Below the pieces are notes generated by a model. The model was not told where the DNA came from. It did not search any database and saw only the letters and a list, made by a program, of their open reading frames with translations. DNA of 63,911 nucleotides, counting the filler, from Reticulomyxa filosa (lineage: Eukaryota > Protista > Foraminifera): assembly GCA_000512085.1 (NCBI GenBank). It is 20 parts of 20 records of this genome, joined end to end, with 100 filler letters (N's around TTAATTAATTAA, not from the genome) between each part and the next. Parts side by side here need not be neighbours in the genome. Positions count along the whole stretch, not along the records: positions 56,924 to 61,377 come from ASPP01039427.1; positions 61,478 to 62,563 come from ASPP01036012.1; positions 62,664 to 63,911 come from ASPP01039551.1; 17 more parts are not named here. The stretch is one strand, 5' to 3'. Made by a program: the position numbers and the translations under genes. This document shows, one piece after another, positions 60,801-63,911 of this stretch (position 1 is the stretch's first letter; every line of letters starts with the position of its first letter).

Positions 60801-62663
60801 AGTTTCACTTGCATAAATCTTTTTCTTTATTTCTTTGTTTCTCTTGCAGCTTCATATATAGTGACCCTTTCGCCTGTTTTTCCGTTTTCACTTTCTTTTT
60901 CGTCCTCTATTAGAATATTTTTAAGAGTCTAGTGTTTTTGAGAGAAAGAAAAGCTTCATTTTGTATTGAAGTATAATTTTATTTGTCAATGTGGTAATTC
61001 TGAAAAAATATTACTATTTACTTAAAAAAAAAAATTGAAATACATCAACATTGTAATTTTTCCTACATTCGCTTCAAACAAATTTGTTCTTTACTTCAAG
61101 TAATTACGTCGATCTTATGTTTGGTAATGGTGTAGTTATTATTCTCCAAAAGATAATATTGTTATTTTGGAAAAAACAAAACCAATCATTTTAATTTTGT
61201 TTATGAATTTTTTGAGGACTTTATTTTTTATTTATATTCACCACGGTCAAGAGAAAGATTGTTTTTTTTTTTTTTTACGCCAAGATTTATTGAATTGTGC
61301 ATTATCTTTTGTTTTTCTTCCAAATGAAAGCAACAAGAGATAAAAAGTAATTGCTGCCATAACAGAAAATGAAAAACNNNNNNNNNNNNNNNNNNNNNNN
61401 NNNNNNNNNNNNNNNNNNNNNTTAATTAATTAANNNNNNNNNNNNNNNNNNNNNNNNNNNNNNNNNNNNNNNNNNNNCATTGCCGCTTGCCATATTGTGT
61501 ATTAATCTACATTTTTGTCTTTGCTCTTTTATTCCTTTTTTTTTTTTTCCTTCTCTACTTTCTTTAATCTCCTCTTCCTCTTTCTCTCCATCCAAATCTA
61601 AAAGAAGTCACTCCACAGCGAAAGGCTCCATGTTCACACTGCTTTGGTTGATACATATTACAACCACTGACAATATGATACAAAGAACGTATAAATCCAC
61701 ATCGACAGTGAAATACAACACTTTGGTTCATCAAATGGAGCTTTTATCCTTCGCGATACCAATTTTATACGCTTTTTCTGTTGGATTGTTTTGAACTTGA
61801 ACAATGTAGGATTGCATGTTACAAGGGAAGTTTTCTGCGGCATGGCGTCAACTTGGCTGTCTTCACAATTCTCTGCTACCGTTTTCCAATGGTAAAATCA
61901 CATTTACATTCACCGCAATCACGGTAAAAGTTTTCTTATTCTTTTCTTTAATTGCATTTATTGTATGGATTGATTTGTAAACTTATCCACTTTTTGAGAT
62001 GTAATTGCGATATAATACCAAGAAAAAGCAGAGTTGGGAAATAACACAGTTGTAATGCATTCAGTCGATGGATACAGATTCACATCGCTTCCTTCATTCT
62101 TGGTGGTGGTAGCTCGTAACGCGGTTACATTTATGACCGTCGGTGTAGTTGTGACTTTCTCTCGCTGTGGCAACACGAATTTGGAGAGCAAGCCATTTGT
62201 GCAACGCTATTGTCGGAGGTACTCAAGTGTCTTGCGAACAGCACTCAATACCATTTGTTGTCGAAGATAAGGCTTTCAATGCTTGCACAACAACCAAAAG
62301 ACTTAGCCTTCATTATATACGCTGACACGCTGACTTGCTTGCAATCTCTGAGACTTTTTACCTTGGGTGCAATGGAATACAATCTTTTGGATTGCTGTAT
62401 TGATGTGTTCAAATATGCAGCCACAGGAGAAGAGCCAAACAATGACACGTCAATTACCTTTTCGTACATGTCAATGATAACCATGACCACCTCCATTGCG
62501 CCGATTAGACCAACTAGTCCATATATACGATTTTTTATGAGTCGAATGAATCATTTTTCGCATNNNNNNNNNNNNNNNNNNNNNNNNNNNNNNNNNNNNN
62601 NNNNNNNTTAATTAATTAANNNNNNNNNNNNNNNNNNNNNNNNNNNNNNNNNNNNNNNNNNNN

Positions 62664-63215
62664 CTATTGCTCAAGTATTCACTGTATGAAGCACAGCTCA
62701 CATCAAAGCCAAATAATGCCAATACACAACAAGTGACTGCCAAAATCAATGATTTTCCTTCTCCTGTTCCAATTTGAATCAAATGGTTTGTCAACCCATT
62801 TTTGTTTTCCTCAATACCCAACATGCGGAATATAGAAATTACTTGAGCTGGATGTGGTTGTACCAAATAATCATTTTGATCGTCTACGCCTTGTGCATCA
62901 TGATAGTATTGTGCATGTTGAAGATATCAGAAATGTTGCTCCAAATTTTTGCATCCCATCTTTCATCTCTTGGTGTTTGTCTGATACCACAAACATGCAT
63001 TCTTTCATTATTTGCAAATACACTGAGGTTCTTTGGCTCTTCTTTGACTTTGGCCAGATTGTAATTTTCTTTAAATTCTTCATACTCTTTCGTCAATTTT
63101 GATACATTTATTGAATCGCCCTTATTTTTTTTATGTGTTTCAAAACATAATCAATTCCATGTGCTAGGATCTTTTGATTGAATAGCGCAACAGAGAATCC
63201 TTTGGACAGCATTGT
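62664..63215 (-). pseudogene. Eukaryotic SecA-like (DEAD-type) helicase fragment, disrupted
   Basis: QPHPAQVISIFRMLG...NHLIQIGTGEGKSLILAVTCCVLALFGFDVSCASYSEYLS; upstream stops and frameshifts. Confidence 0.75.
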
Positions 63216-63911
63216 AATGTTAGTGATTAATTTATCTTGTCTTGATAAATAACAAAATAATCTCAAATACAAAGGTGTATGACTCAATAATTTTAAACTT
63301 TGATTATTGTTTAATTTCTTGATCAATGTATTTGATTGATTATTATATTTGAAATAAGCATTGATATAATTTTGAATATCTTGTGATTGGAATCCAATGA
63401 CATTCAACATTCTTGGATTGTTTAGATATTCACACATTGCCATTGGATCGACTTATCATAATTATGAAATAATTTTGATTTGAAGCGCAATGTTGCAACC
63501 ATGTTTTTAAGTTTGTATTATTTTCAATTTCATTTGCAATTTCATCAAATCCATCTAGTAATAATAACAATCCATTCATTGAATTAACAATGCATTTGGT
63601 ATCAATTGAATCCCATTGAGGAATATGTAATTCGTTGATAATCATTGACCATAAGTATTCAATGTCACTGGGCTACTTTCATTTTTCTTTTCATCATCAC
63701 TATTGTCATTAATGTGATGAAAAATATTAATAATTTTTCTCAAAAGGAATATATGCAATAGATATTGAAATTGATGATTCCACATTTGATGATTTCCCCA
63801 CAAATGTGCAATTCTTTGAGATAAGACACTTTTTCCACTCCATGCTTCTACTCAAATAATAATGTGACGTACTTTTGATTCATTTTGTTGATCATTCCAA
63901 ATATCTTGCAA
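63216..63911 (-). pseudogene. NACHT NTPase pseudogene fragment
   Basis: HIII*VEAWSGKSVLSQRIAHLW (damaged Walker A), LLLLLDGFDEI (Walker B), IIMISR, LNVIGFQSQDIQNYINAYF, HTPLYLRLFC; frameshifts. Confidence 0.85.

Noticed and set aside
61478-62563. Coding-like contig with partial ORFs on both strands
   Set aside because: No identifiable family; even the coding strand is uncertain
2803-62663. Recurring TTAATTAATTAA flanked by Ns as a biological repeat or CRISPR-like array
   Set aside because: Fixed 100-bp artificial linker with six-frame stops; ORFs running into X residues are artefacts
1-63911. Ubiquitin, trafficking or immune gene cluster (F-box, RING, PUB, adaptin, clathrin, NACHT, caspase-like)
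   Set aside because: The genes lie on separate concatenated contigs, so their proximity is not evidence of linkage
1-63911. tRNA, rRNA or CRISPR features
   Set aside because: None recognised by eye; a covariance-model scan would be needed to exclude small RNAs

Overview
AT-rich eukaryotic DNA with spliceosomal introns. It is not one locus: about 20 short contigs are joined by an artificial 100-bp spacer (N44-TTAATTAATTAA-N44), so adjacency across spacers means nothing. The expanded Kelch, WD40, NACHT and TRAF-finger/caspase-like families, the A-rich introns and a polyubiquitin with a one-residue insertion at the monomer junction point to a rhizarian, most likely a foraminiferan such as Reticulomyxa filosa (inference). 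Recognisable genes are an SLC45/sucrose-type MFS transporter, an F-box protein with a UBC-associated C-terminal domain, mitochondrial GrpE, an OCA6-like phosphatase, a CLK/LAMMER kinase, a RasGEF, a beta-adaptin, and WWE, PUB, ShK and RBX1-like RING proteins. Many pseudogenes are present: polyubiquitin, clathrin heavy chain, M50 peptidase, WD40, NACHT and SecA-like. The top finding is a CRE-like non-LTR retrotransposon inserted into a WD40 gene (18389-21009). Its intronless coding region carries an apparently full-length kinesin motor-like domain with degenerate nucleotide-binding motifs upstream of the reverse transcriptase. The second finding is a ~33-aa exon module (phase 0-0 where internal) used at the C-terminus of Kelch proteins and the N-terminus of WD40 proteins. 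All family assignments come from motif recognition by eye; no searches were run.
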